Positions 35,371 to 48,880 of a DNA stretch of 64,000 bases are shown one piece after another; the stretch's first letter is position 1, and every line of letters starts with the position of its first letter. The notes under the pieces were generated by a model that did not search any database, was not told the origin of the DNA, and saw only the letters and a list, made by a program, of their open reading frames with translations. This DNA comes from Lama guanicoe (taxonomy: Eukaryota), in NCBI GenBank assembly GCA_013239625.1, contig MU056063.1, forward strand, positions 8,742,122 to 8,806,121, given 5' to 3'. Position numbers and translations under genes: made by a program.

Positions 35371-38300
35371 CAGGGTGTTGCTGGTGGGGACAGCACTGCC
35401 CCGTCCTCCTCAGGACTCCTGCCCCATAAGTCAGGGTCTGGGGCCATTCTGGATCCTGGCCAGACCGACAGGCTGCTCCAGGGAAAGGCAGACCCCTCAG
35501 ACAGGCTTGGGTTCAGGAAACCAAAGTTCCAATGGACAAGTAGAGGCCCAGCTGGTATTAAGTTCAGCCCAGGGTGCACACCGAGTGTGCCAAGGGCTGA
35601 CACGGTCCCCAGCCCATTCTCAGGGCTCTGCCTGCCTTATCGCACACGATCCCACGAGTGAGCTCAGGTAACAGGTGGTCGTGACGGCCAGGACCGCCCG
35701 GGTTCCAGCCCCACACACGGAGCAGGACCTGTGCTCAGTCCCTCGCGGGCAGGAGGCTGCGCTCTGCCCTCATTCCTCACTGCCCCAGCCCAGCACCCCT
35801 TCCCGAGCCCTGCTTCTCGGTGGCTCCGTCCAGCCTGACACCCAAGGAGAGGGAAGGCTTCTGGAGTGAAGCAAACACAGCTTGGGCCCCCTGCAACCCT
35901 GATTCTGCCGTTGGGAGAAAAGGCGGCCCAGTGCTGGAAGGAGAAGGTTCTGCGCAGCGTCCTCTGCCCCCGGCCCACTGCCCAGGCTCTGCGGCCAGCC
36001 GGCAGGAGCGTCTGCTGAGGGGTCTCGGAGCTCAGCGCTGCCTAGGGTTTCAGAAATCTCTAAATCTCCCCACCTCTGAAAGGTTCTGATATAAAGTGAA
36101 ATCTCGTTGCAGCAGTGCCCCCGCCCCATCCCAGATCTAACCTCTGGAGGAGCCCAGGGAAGGTCCGGGTGGGAAGGTCCCAGCAGGACACGCTCCTGGG
36201 GTCGCTCGCCTCTGAGCCTCGGCCACGCACTCGAGAAGGAGCGACAGTCTATTTCACAGGCTGGCGTGTCCAGCAGAGGCTGGCTGAGCGCCGGCCGTGC
36301 GCCAGGCGCGTGCTGGTGCCGGTGCCGCTCCCCGTCCTCAGAGGCACTGAGCGGAGTCTGGCGCCCAGGGGAGTGTGTCCTCTTGTTTGTGTAACTGTGG
36401 GCTGTTTGTCCTACTTTCTCTTTTCCATCATGGGGCCGTGAGAGCAGAGGATAGGCCTATTTCTTTTAGATCCTCTTGTAAGAAATTGGGTAAGGTCAGG
36501 AGCACAGAGAAAGCCCCCAGGGAGACCGAAGAGTGCCTGCAGGTAAATAGGACGGCCGGCCCGGACTCAGGGTCCAGGCTCCAGGGGACACTGGGGAGGC
36601 AGTGGGAGGATGCTCAGCCCGACGGAGGCCTGCATCTCCAGGCCCTGCTCTTACTTAACTGATGCCGCGGGAGGCAAACAGCCAGTTCCTTAAGGAACAC
36701 GGATACATTTGTCGGTGTCTCGATTCTGTTGATCCTGTAAACATAAGGAGAGCCCAACATTCTACTGTTCTGAGTTTTGCAATCTTCACAAAATAAATAT
36801 TTGCCTTCAAAAGCAACAACTCAGATAACCATCAGGGTAACATTCTCGAGCGTCGTCCCCCACCCCCAAGCCAGGAGCTGAGGTCAGCGCAGAGAGCTGT
36901 GTGTGGTCTGTTGGATGATGACTTTCACGTGGAAACCTCAGGTTGGAAACCAACTGGCAGCCATTTGGAAACGTTTGGTCTCTCAGTTTCTAGATTTGAC
37001 TCAAAACCAAGAATCCCCAGTCCCTGGGACGTCCATTGGTTTCCTCCGTCCACCAGGTGAGGAGCAAAGTGGCTTAAGCGAGTGCTAACGGGGGATGAAG
37101 ACACTGCGAGGACCTCAGGGGTCGTGGGGACTGGACTGGCCCTGCCGGAGGCCACCGCGTAGTCAGACGCCCGCTGGGTGTTCACACACCTCAGGGACGG
37201 GTCTCTCTCCAAACCCCTCTAAGAATGAGGTAAGACTGTAAAGGAGTCCTGCCGATTTTAGATGACACAGTGACACACAGATGACACAGCCCAGCAGCAG
37301 AAAACCACGCCATGCAGACCTCGTGCCATTTATAGGTGCCACCCTGGGCCGCCGCCGCAGCCTCCTCTGGGCTGCGCTCTGCAGACAGGCCGGCTTTCTG
37401 CGGAGGGGGGAGCATCTAAATAGCCCCACAGTATCCATTCTGACTGGTTTTCTTCATTATGGACAAGAAGTTTTAGGAACAGTCATTTTGAGCCATTACT
37501 GAGAAATACATCTTAAAGAAAATGAACCTTGGGAGTCCTTTAAAAAAGTGCATTTCAATATTTTTAAGGATTAGGGTTTTCTGGGCCAGTGGTAATGTTC
37601 GTTAGGCAAGAACATGGACCTCAGTCATAACAGTAACCCATGAAGCCATCTCCACCAGGTAAACAAAACCTGCCACACCGACGGGCCTCTGTAGCCCGCC
37701 CCACCGTGCTGTGGTCTCCGGTATCGTCAGGAGCCCAGCCGGATGCCAGGCCACTGAGGCCCCCTCTGGCTCCTCCCTCAGGACCCGTCCATGAGCTGTC
37801 ACCACCCCACTTCCCACAGACAGGTCCCTTCCTGCCCAAAACATCTCCACGGCCCTGTTATGAGAGTGAACTGAGCCTGCCACGTGCTCGTGTCCATGTG
37901 CTGGATGGGTCCTGCGGCCAGGGCCACCCCGACTCCATGAGGGCGTGTGGAGTGGACGGAGCCACTCTGAGTTGTCCAGCCAGAACTAAAGCCCCAGCTC
38001 GAAATCAGTTCCCTGGCAACTCACCCGGCCGGGAGAGGAGGCTTCCTGACTGACCGTCAGGGCGCTGCTCTGCCCGCCCAGCCCTGCCTGTCTCCCAGTG
38101 CGGGGAAGCATGTCCCATCTCTCCCAGTGATGGGGGCAGGGGAGTGCATGGAGCTGGCGGAGGCTCGGAGCTCTGGGCTGACCGCTGGAGTATCCAGGAG
38201 GGCTGGAAGGGCCATGTTTGACTCTACGAGAATGTTAAGTGTTTTCTTTCTGGTTTGAGATTTCTAAAAATGTAAGCATTTGTTTCACATCAGTCTTCAA

Positions 38301-38799
38301 AATTTTTCTCAGAAGGGGCCCCTTTGTCATTATTAATTGCAAAGAGAGCAGATGTCGAATTCAAAGGCCAACTGCCCCTGCCACCAGCCCCCAGCCCCAC
38401 CAGCCACCTCTGTCCCACCAGCCCCACCTGTGCTCTCAGGAGGAGGCCACCTGCAGATCAGCTCATGGGAGCTGGGTTTCAAAACACACCACCTGGCTGC
38501 TGTAGGCACGGGTGGTCCCAGGATGGCCTGGGCAGTCCCACCGGCCTCAGTGAAACCCAGACTCCTCGCCGTGGCCTCCAGCTCTGCTCACTCTGCCCCC
38601 TGGTCTCCTCTCTCACCCCCACCTTCCCTCTGCTGTAGCCACACTGCCCTCCTGCTGGGGTGAGACCTCTTGGGTCCCCCCGCCAAGATTCCGTCCTCTC
38701 GAAAGGCCCCTCACTCTCTCCCAGGCTCTTTTCTGCTCACCGGCGTGCTTCTTCTCAGTGCTAGGTTTACTGAAGTCGTGTCCCAGGACTATGGCTCCT

Positions 38800-38937
38800 C
38801 TTTCCTCACTGGAAGGGGAGTGCCATGAAGCAGGGGCACTTCCCCACTGCCCACAGTGCTGTCGTGTCCCCACGTCCCGGGCAGTGCCTGCCACGGGGCA
38901 GATGCTCAGAATGACTTGTTGGACGAATGAATGAATG
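38800..38937 (+). mobile_element. L2 3' end
   Basis: 'tgtccccacgtcccgggcagtgcctgccacggggcagatgctcagaatgacttgttggacgaatgaatgaatg' with TGAA tail. Confidence 0.75.
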
Positions 38938-41900
38938 TACATTAAAACCATCATGACATCCAACCTCCTCTCTCTTGGGCGTGATGTTTAGGAAACGCGG
39001 AACTGGAATTCGGCAACACCAACCTGTTCGTAGTAGAGATCTGGCCTGACAGCTTCCAGACGGCGCCCTCTGGCTCGCATCTGCAACCGGGATGCGCGTG
39101 TCTGTCTTTACATCCTGAGAAGGTGCTTTATGCCAGGATTAAGGAGCTGCTGGCAGAAATCTCTCCCCATTGCTTCAGGAGGCTAATCTCTCACTTCAGA
39201 GTCTGGGCTCACCCTCGGCCTCTGAATCCAGCCCCTGAAGGGTTGAGCAGTGTCAATCCTGAGGGTCTAGAAACAGCACAGCTGAGCGTGTGGCACTGAG
39301 TCCGTGGGAGAGGGATGGGCGAGCAGGGTCCCTCCGCGCCAGGTGCAGAGCCAGGCCTGACGCAGGGTCGTGCCCACGCTCTCACCGCAAGGGCGTCTTC
39401 TCATTTCCCGTTGATCCGTCTGCTGGAGATGGAAAAGGCCTCCGGGTGGTTAGTTCTGTGAGAACCATGTGCCCAGACCTCGGGGCATTTCCAGGGGTCC
39501 CAGGCAGAGGTCTGGGCTGCTGCCCAGCTTGGAGCTGAGTGGTGTGTCTGACGACCCGGGCACCTGTGTCTGCCTGCGCGTTGGCCGGCGTGACTCCCTG
39601 TCCCTGTGTCCCTGACTCTGACTCGACGTGTGAGCAGAACTGGTGACCTTTCTCTGACATAGAGGATCCCACCCACCCGTCCACTGGCCATGTCTGTACT
39701 GAGTGCCCTGCACGTGCGAAGGACGCCCCGCAAACGCCTGGGGTGCTGGGGTCCTGTGTGCACCGCCTGGGGATGGCCCACCCTGCTTCCCAACCCGGGC
39801 CGAGCTGTCCCTAAGCTCTGATCCGGTGGGGTTACCCGCCCTGGGCAACGCCTGGTGACCTTGGGACGGACAGTGACGAGAAAGTAAATGCAGCACAGTC
39901 TCACCTGTACTGACGGGGGACATCGTGCACTTGGGAGGCCTGAACCCCGAGGCCACTGGAAATTTCCCTTAGTCGCTGGACTGTGTTAGACTGAACCACC
40001 TGAAGTTACCCGTGTTCAGCTGTGTCTGCTACAGACACACAGCAATGCCGCAGTTTCCCTGTCACCAAACATCTGTTGGGGTGACCCCCAAGAACGAAAC
40101 GTGGTGTATGGGCCGACATGACTGGGACCCGAGACCCACCTGCTGAAGCTGGTGGTGGCCCCCAGAGGTGGGGACAGAGGGCCTCTGCACCAGCTGGGCA
40201 CCGGGTGCTCTGCCCACGGCAGCTGCGGCTGGGGTCACAGTGTCATCGGCCCTGCGGGGCTGGACGGGCCTCTGATCCTCTCTAAGCCTCAATTCCCTTA
40301 CTTGAAAAGCAGAGAAGACGTGCATGAAGCTGTAAAAGGCAGAGGGGACGCAGTGCCTGGACTCCGTTCCTTTCCCTCACTCTAATTTTTAGGGAAATAA
40401 TAACTCGAGGTTGAGTGACAGCCCGACCTCGCTGTGCCGGGAGGAGCGCTCAGAGGCCAGGGCTTGGACTCTGCTTCCTAATTGACCTAATGTGCCAAGT
40501 GAGCTTAATGTGAGCTAATTAATGATGCTATCGGTGGTGGAATTACCACGGCAGAGCCGAAAACAGCATCAAAGCAACGAGCAGGCAGGTGTCCGCTGGA
40601 TAATTGAGGAAACTGGGGCCGCGAGGGTGCAGGCAGGACCCCAGAGGCTGGGTGGGGGGCAGAGGGAGACCGCGGGGCTGAGCCACTTAATTGCCAGGCT
40701 CCCAAAGCGCCACCCTGGTTACAGCTCCTGTGCTTGAACTGCAGGTTTCCCCGAGCCTTTGAAGCTGGGCTCCTGGGCATTTCCTTGAGAATGAACTCCA
40801 TTTTTTTTTTTTGAAACCACAAAACTCATTCACCTGGAGCCAGGAAGAAGACCCAGGTGACCTGGCTTTCATCTGTGGTCCTTTGGGACCAACGGAACTT
40901 TGTCGAGAAGATGCTCCCGAGTTAAGAGCCGGCGTGGTTTGTGCCTGTGAGGTCGGGGGCCGGGGACCAGGGCTGCCCTCCCCAGTGGTGCTATGAAGGG
41001 CAGGGGACACTGACTCTCCAGGAAGAGGGTGAGCTCCCGACACGTCTGAGCCTCACAAGTCTGTATCTTCCACAAATGAAAACACTGTTTACTTTTAGAA
41101 ACTGGGTCATAGCCAGAGAGTGAAAATCAAACGTTTCAGGGAAATCTTATTTACTTTCTCCTCCCAAAGACACGTGCTTCCAGGACTACCGCAAACTACG
41201 CCCCAGTACAGCCTGGCTCACTTGGGGGAGAGAGTGAGGGGTGTGCAGGGACCCCTGCTGCCCCAGCCCACGGCGGGGCCGTCTGCCTCCCCCCACCAGT
41301 GACAAGGGGCACGGGGCTCATCCCCCAGCTTTGATGAGGTGGACTCCGGTGGACTCTGCCAAGATGACACTTGGGAGGTTTTAAGTGGCCGTGGCTTAGA
41401 AATCTCAGAGCATCCAGTCGAGCAAAAAAACCTTTCTGTTATCTGAATTGAGCCCTTTACTCCTTTAGTTCATTATGCTTTTTTTTAACCTCTTTAATAT
41501 TTTGAATTCACTGCAGTTTCACACTTGGTTGGAAAGTGTCTCAGAATCCAACATCGAACCGCTAGGCGGTGGCGGCTGAGAGCGGTGGGGGCGGGGAGGT
41601 CTGGCTTCCTTGGCCCCCTCCTCAGCCCTTTCCTAAGTCCCCACCTCCTACCCGTGTCCCTCCAAGTCCCTCAAACTTCCCTGACGGAAGGCTCTGCCAA
41701 CACGTGTCCACACTCCAGCCCGGACTGTTCTAACCGTCCTTCTCAGACCCCTCACCTGCCGACCCGCTGCCCGAACACCTCTGGCCTCCGAGGAGTAGAT
41801 GCAGTGACCGTGGGGTGTGCCCACACTGCCCACTCTATCCGGGCAGAAGGTGGAAACCTTAGGCCGCAGGGAGAGCTGTAATCACCAGGTGCACGTCCAC

Positions 41901-42377
41901 CCTCTCCCCCTACCCTCCCCCAAAACACGGGGCCACGACCTCCGTCTCAGACTTGACTCAAACCCACACCTGGGGGGTGGCTCAGGGGACGGCAGTGGCG
42001 TGCAGCAGCAGAGCCCAGCGTGCCCAGCCCTGTGCGCCTCCCCCGCCTGCCAGCCTGGGGCCACCTGAGCAGCTCCCTTTCAGGCTCCCAGAGACCCCGG
42101 CTGAAATCTCAAGCCCGCTGAGCACACACACAGTTTGGCTCCTCAGCCAAATGCACAGCCAATAGCAAATGGGGTTGGTGGTGTTTTCCTGAAAACAAAG
42201 GAACAACCTCAGGTCTCAGAACTAGGAGCAGACGCACAGTCACCAGGAAGCTTGTTCAAACGCAACCCAAAAATGACACGCATTTCAAAAATGCATTCAG
42301 GTGGTCTCTGGAGATGACACGGCTGTCTCACCCACAGCCCAAGAGTTTAGCAAACCAAGAGCCAGGGCGAGGCTTAC

Positions 42378-42730
42378 CTGGACCCCATGGGAGAGTCCGT
42401 TTCCGATCCAAGCAGAAGGTGGTCCGTGAGGAAAGCCAGGAACGTCTTGCCGAGGCCACTCAGGTGGCCGCTCCGCCGTGTCTCTGAAGCAGGTGCTGGT
42501 GTGGTGGCGGCCGGCGGAGCTGCCAGGGCGGGCGAGGCGCCTCTCGGCTGTCAGGACCTCTCCTCCTGCTCCACGGGCTCCCTGACTCTCCCTTGACTGC
42601 CAGTCCCACCCGGAGCCAGAGGGAAAGTCGGCCCAGAGGCCTCTCTGCACACAGACTCACCCACACCACCTAGAGGCCTCTCCCAGCACGGGCGCCCGCC
42701 CAGCTCACACCTGGCTCCACCAGACACCCC
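42378..42730 (-). other. EDAR: EDAR non-coding exon 1 (5'UTR); 5' boundary approximate
   Basis: Ends at donor CAG|GTAAGC. Minus-strand blocks GAGCCAGGTGTG, GTGCTGGGAGAGGCCTCTAGGTGGTG and CCTGGCTTTCCTCACGGACCACCTTCTGCT match, in order, the human EDAR 5'UTR as I recall it. CpG-rich. Confidence 0.8.
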
Positions 42731-43100
42731 GTGGAATTGGTAAAATCACAGATTCCTTTCTTTGGTGGGGGTGGGAGCTGGGGGGCTTGCTTCTCCCAGA
42801 ACAACCAGAGCCTCTGGGCCCTGGAATGCTAGAAAGCTCAGTTAGCATTAAAGTACCATCACTCAAAATGTGATCCCCCAGGGACCCGCCACCGAGGCGG
42901 CCACAGGCAGGGCTCGCTTCCAGTTGGCTCTGAAGCCCTCGCTCTGTTCCTGCCCCGTCCTGCCTCCTCCCCCAAGTCCACTGCAGAACAAGCCCCCGGA
43001 CCGCACATCTCTCCTTCCCCGGCACCCTACACACCATATATACTCCACATAACTGATTCCAAACAGCCACACACACCCGCGGGACCTCGTGCCCCCCACG
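42680..43100 (-). promoter_or_regulatory. EDAR: Putative EDAR core/proximal promoter
   Basis: Positional call at the 5' end of exon 1. GGGCGG box at ~42696-42701; no clear TATA box seen. Confidence 0.55.
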
Positions 43101-46100
43101 GAAGGAAGCAATGAGGAAGACATCTGAAAGGAACGCTGTGAAGGGAACTGCCTTTAGTATCTGTCAGTCCTCCCAGTTCCACCATCCTGAACAAGGAGGT
43201 AAAGCGTCCAGCCCTGCTCTCCCCAGCCCCACCCGCACACAGGGAACCCCCTTCCAAGGCTCAATTCCTATCCCCTCCTTTTCCATCTTGTCTCCACCCA
43301 GATTCACAGAAGAGAAGGAAACAGTTAAGAGGGACACAGAAACGTGTGGCCGGGCGAGGGTCCTGAGGACAGTCGTCTCCCTCCTGAGGGTGAGCAAACC
43401 TCGGTTCCCGACTTTTTTACCAACATGACGACCATCCCAGTAGCTGAGGTTTAAACAAGAATTTCATCCTGATCATTGAGAGTGGCTCCTCCATGCGGCC
43501 CATGCTGAGCCCAAGCTGAGGGCTTGTCATAAGTTACAACTATTAAAATTACTCAATGAAGAACCTAGGAAAACAAACAGAATCTATGTATTCTGGGCTA
43601 ATATAGAATTTCTATTGTGTATAATTTTGATTATTTGGATGATTATTTTGTTAAGTGTGTTTGAGGATGAAGATTATCTTGGGTGTAACTTTTTTTTTCC
43701 TACTAGAAATTAAATGGCACTTTAAATTTATGAAAAAGAGAGGACACAGATACTGCCAAAAGACAGGAGAAAAGAGAAAATGTTAGAATGGGCACAGAAC
43801 ATGGATGCTGCCATAGAAGCCAACGTTTTCCCCTCTTTGAAAAATCCAAGACATTATGCCACTGAGAAGGGTGGGCAGATGGTTATGCCTGCAATTTTCA
43901 CTCATTATATCCAAATGAAAATGAGTCTACAAATTAATTCCACTGATTAAGAGGAAGAAAGAAGCAGGAGACATTGTTGCTTATCTTCATCATTTAAGGC
44001 TCCGGAGCACTGAAGACGGGTGATTTCTGTTTTGCTCATTTCCTAAAAGGCTGAGGCAGAAAGAGCAAATGGTTAAAAATAGCACATAAGAACACCAACC
44101 AAGACTGCAGAGCGCGGTGGGCAACCGGGTCTCGGGGTCTGTGCAGAACAGAGTGAAACGTGAACACGTGCTGGATATACACGCCCGAGCCCTGCCCCGC
44201 CTGCCCCTCACATCCAGGGTGCACGGACGCACGGCTGGGACCTGGCGGAGGAGCTGGGCAACCCCCGCTTCCAGCTCCTTGGAGCCACAGCCTTGCAGAT
44301 GATCCTGGAGTTCAGTGGGCTCCGGACCGGGAAAGACACTCTCCCAGCAGACCAGACACTTCCCAGCGAGTGCACTGACCACATCCCAGTCATCTGTGTC
44401 CTAGTGCCCAGCTCCTGTCCTGTGAGCAGGAAGAGACTCGTTCCGTCTCAGAGCAATCTTCTGTTTGATGTGCTCACACGTCAGGCCGGTGGAGGACCTG
44501 GGAACCGGACACGACTCGGTGCTGGGTTAACACGTGGAGGAAACGCCCCAAGTCTCTGCCTCGAGAAGTTCACACTCTGGGGAGACAGAGCCCCGTCAAG
44601 TCACCAAGACAGAAACGTACTTCCCGGAGGAGGTGAGCAGGGCTGGGCCGGGCCCCTGCGCTGTGTGGGTGGGACTGTTGCTGCCTGGTGACACTCTCTT
44701 CCTGCCCAGTTCCTGTCTGCAAAGGTGGCATCGGACCAGATGCACCAAACCTGAGGGCTCCTTTCCGGGAGCCGAGCCCCGACGCTCAGCTGCCCCGACC
44801 TGAGCTCCCGCAGCAGCTGTGCCCCTGGTCACCTGCAGAGTCTGTCACTGGGCCCCTTCCAGGGAATTGTATTGCTTGAATCATTATGAGTATTGGATGA
44901 ATTTTTAATGCCCATGGTGAGTCCTCGGTGATACTAAGTAATTCAGAGTGTTCCAGTTCAAAGATCAGGGGCTTATTTTAGGAGAGGAGCAGGCCGCTGC
45001 TTCTGGTAAGGTGAGCAGGAGGGAGACTGAGTCTGGGGGGGCCCCTGCCCGCTGGGCCCTGGGCTCACGTCCACGACCCAGGAGGCGAAATGCTGAGGGA
45101 GCCGTCTGCCTGCCGGAATGTGTTCCCCACCCCATGCCCTGCACAGGGTGAGGGGCACCGCTCGGGTCGAAGGCAGAGTAAATGGGGCGTTTCAGCTGGT
45201 TTTATCCGACACTGAGGTTCTGCGTTTATGTAACTGAACTTGGCCACGCCCAACTTGTGCTGCTAATTAAAGAGGTCAAAGTCTGGCTTCTCCACTTCCA
45301 CCTCTCCCAGGATTCAGACCTGGAATTCGAATCCTGCTCCTTACAAAGGGACTCCCCCCACCACCACCTGCGGAGAGGAGGCGACCTGGGCTGAGAGGAA
45401 GCTCAGGTCTGTCAGGGCTGGGTGGGGCCAAGCCCTTAGGCCCCTCCTCTGTGACATCCCCTCACTGGTAACTGAAATGTAATGAAGTTGATCCCACCGA
45501 ATGACCTCGGGAGCTTGACTAGCACAAAGGTTCCAAACACTAACCTTTTCATGGCCTGTAATGGTGTCATTCAGCGCAGCAGCACAGATCAGCGTGCCTG
45601 TCTGATAAACAGGATCACAGGAGTGTTATGAAACCTACTTGCGCTGCAGCAGAAAAAGTAAGAGAGGGGAAACCCGAATTTGGAAGTATAGAATATTGAT
45701 GTCATCATTTAAAAATCAACAGATTCATTCTTCCAACAGACAGTTTCATATTTCTACCATTATTCATGGCTTTGGGGAAATGGGGTCAGTGGTTCAAGGG
45801 ATAATCACTCTGTTAGCTTCGCTCAGCAGGGGAACATGAGACCACAGGACAAACGTGTACAATTACCAGTTCACTGGGTTACATTCCACAAAGATTATTA
45901 ATGGGATTTTTCTCATACTTATGAGGACATTTTGAAGTTTATCTGTAAGGCAGGAGAGTCGTCAATTTATGAGGGTGATGTGTTTTGGGAGCGTTTACTT
46001 TCACAGTAACATCTGGTTTGTCCCTGCTCTTTTTTCACGAATATGAGCTCATTGTCCTCAAAAACTGTGGTCAACAAAAGAAAACCCACTGGGGACATCT

Positions 46101-47559
46101 TAACGGGAATTCCCCCTGGTTGGCCAAGCTGCTGCCCAGTCCGCAGTCTCAGCGCTATTCCGGGGGGCACCCTCGCAGCAAGGTGCGCCCCACCTTCACG
46201 ACTGTCCCATGAGCCAGAGCGGGAGTGTGTGTCTTCCAGAAAGGCCGCCCCATCCCCTCTGCTGCTGCTCCGTGTCCTGGGGGCTGAAGCCCTGGTTGGA
46301 GGCCCTGCCCTGAGTTCATGCCTGGGTTGGTGGGCTGAGCCTCCCGCCCCCAGCAAGCCGCCGTGGGCACATCGGACTGGTGATCTTGGTCCTTCTCAGG
46401 ATTGTACTGATTTCGTGATGAGATGGGCGTGTACACCCGTGCTCTGTCAGCCCACGGCTGTAGCTCTCCCTCCATCCCGAAATTGTCCTGGCCTCCCGGG
46501 CTCCTGACTGCAAAGCCGACAGGTGCCCTTTAGCCTTCATTTCCCGGGAGCTCTGCCTGCACCACACCTGCCACCGCCTATCTCTTCCTCCTGCAGAAAC
46601 CCTCCTCTCTCTTCCATCTGGTGGTTCATCGGGTCCTTGGGTGACCGTCTTCCCCTGCCTCCCTGATGGTGGTGGCCCCACGCCTGCCTCCGTGCTCTCC
46701 CAGCTTCATGGTCCAGCAGCTACGAGCAGGCCGATGGCTCCTGCTTGTAGATTTTCAGCCCAGATCTCAGCCTTTGAGCTTCAGTTCTTGTGTCCAGCTG
46801 AGCGCGAAGCAAGTCATCAGGAGGTCTCAGATGCTGGGAACCACGCGCATCCACTCCAAAGTCGTCTTCACTCCCTTGTTCCCGAGTTCAGCAGATGCAT
46901 CCTGAGGGAGCTCACGGGGTCACCGACGTCTTCCGGCCCCAGCCCCTGCATCCTGCCCACTTTTCCCCCTGGGCACTGTTCTATCCACTCCCTCCAGCCG
47001 CTCCGGCCGTGCGGGCTCTGGTTCTGGTCCTCACTGTGTCACATTGGGATGACACAGATTTCTGACTTTCATCCTGCCTCTGGCGTTGACTCCTCCGTCC
47101 CGCCTCCATCACGACCAACTCAGGTCTGAGCCCCGGCCACTGTCTGAGCAAGGGCACAGGGAGCCCACCCCCTCGTCAGCCCTGGTCGGCTGTTGCTAGA
47201 ATGCAGGTCCAGAGCACTTCAAGAGAAACTCAAAACTCCAGATTTTTTAAAAACAGGAAATCTTGTTCCTCAGTGTTGGCAACTAACCTAACTGTGGCCC
47301 AAACACACAGAAGCCCCATCTCTGGACTGGACCAGCTGGGCCCCACCCCAGAACTCTGTGCCCGCGGGGCGGGCTTTGGACTTCAGACTGAGCAGCCAAA
47401 GGGTTCAGGTCTCAAGTCACTGCTTTTCTAAAATGATTTCTGCAAATGAACTCACTTATTTTGTGTTCTTATTGTCCAAATGATGGCAGAGTTTAAAATT
47501 CTTACTAGCACGGACGCGTGGTTGTCTGGAGGGGCCTTGGTGCAGCTGCTCACAAGCTC

Positions 47560-47700
47560 GCTCCCCTGCCTGGTCCCTCATCCCAGAAATGGGACAGTGA
47601 CGGTATCTGCTTCATGGGCTGTGGGGACACTTATGGGACAGTGTGCACAGGGGTGTGGCTGGGAGCTTGGCGTAGGATGGAGGGCACCAGCTACTGCTCC
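47560..47700 (+). mobile_element. Decayed MIR 3' half
   Basis: 'cctcatcccagaaatgggacagtgacggtatctgcttcatgggctgtgggga'. Confidence 0.55.
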
Positions 47701-48739
47701 TACTGTTCAAGACGACACCCAGTTCTTTCTGCAGAAGCACCTCTGGCTGTGACTCGTGGACTTGGTGGCCATGTGGCAGCAAGTCTAAAGGCACCCGGCA
47801 TCTCGGCGAAGCACCAAGATGACTCTGCCTCTCGTCCAACCGAGCAAGGAGACCCTGGTCCGGTCAGATGTCAGGCACTCACTTTACTTTGAGGATAGGC
47901 GACTGTTGTGACTTTTCACTTTTTTGGCACAAAAGTTTGCTGCCTATGGTGGTGACACTTGAAGATTCCAGGACAGGCTGATGGCAGAAAGCACAGCCCG
48001 TGTTACTGATGCTTCTCGGATCTTACCATTTGTAAAGATCTGTGAAATCCCTGTGAGTAAGTAGGCTTTTGAGACGGCAAAGATTGAATAGTTTTCTTAA
48101 AATGTCACAAAATTTCCCATTTTATTCTTAGGGAAATGTGGTGGGCGGTGGGGAGAAAGGAAGTCACTTTGCGACTTTCTATCAGAAGCAGAGGTCACAG
48201 GCTTGCATTCGGGCTGTAAGAGGCGAAGGGTTTCAGCAGAGCAGGTTTCTAACCTGCCCACGTGGATTCAGGTCCGTCCTTCATTTCTGACTGCACCTCA
48301 CCTGTGTCCTGGAAAGTCCCTACCTGCCCTCAAGGACGACCTGCAGGCGTCAGACCAAACTGTGCACCTCCCCAGCAGCAGTGGCACCGGGAACCGCTTC
48401 TGGGAGCTGCAGGGACAACGCGGAAGTTCAGCTCCAGGTCAGCGGGGCAAGGAACTGGACCCAGCGTGTCGGTCCTGCAGAAAATGCTGAGCCACGGAGA
48501 GCTGTCAGAGTCGGGGCAGAGAACGGCGTGCGGGGCGCGGAGGCAGCACACGTGATACAGATGGTGTCCCGGGAGGAGGACAAGGAGAGAGGAAGCGAAG
48601 TCCTGCGAACATGCAGGCAGAGCAGGCGTCCCACGTGGAAACTGGGGGGTCCGTGGAGAAGAGGCAAAGGGGTCAGGCCGTGGTGGGGAGACCCCACAGG
48701 GGTCTGGATTAGTGGTCGCTTCCTGTGCTCCAGGCATCA

Positions 48740-48880
48740 AGCGCTCTGCATGATTTAAAGGAACAATCCTCACAACAACCCTTTGAGGTCGTCATGCCCA
48801 CCACCCCTTTTACAGGCAAGAAAAACTGAGGATCCGCGAGCAACCTGCCCAGCTGGCTAGTAGGGGGCAGAACCAGGTGG
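48740..48880 (-). mobile_element. MIR fragment abutting the minisatellite
   Basis: 'aatcctcacaacaaccctttgagg...ttttacaggcaagaaaaactgagg...aacctgcccag' is the antisense MIR core. Confidence 0.75.

Larger units (their letters stand above)
4501..42377 (-). other. EDAR: EDAR intron 1 (37,877 nt including 198 N)
   Basis: Runs from donor CAG|GTAAGC at 42377 to acceptor TTTCAG at 4501; EDAR is known to have a long first intron. Confidence 0.82.

Noticed and set aside
42378-42656. Exon 1 is stop-free in the EDAR frame for ~90 codons (ORF 42297..42650), suggesting a long N-terminal extension
   Set aside because: No in-frame ATG, stop-free runs of this length are common in GC-rich DNA, and it would displace the signal peptide.
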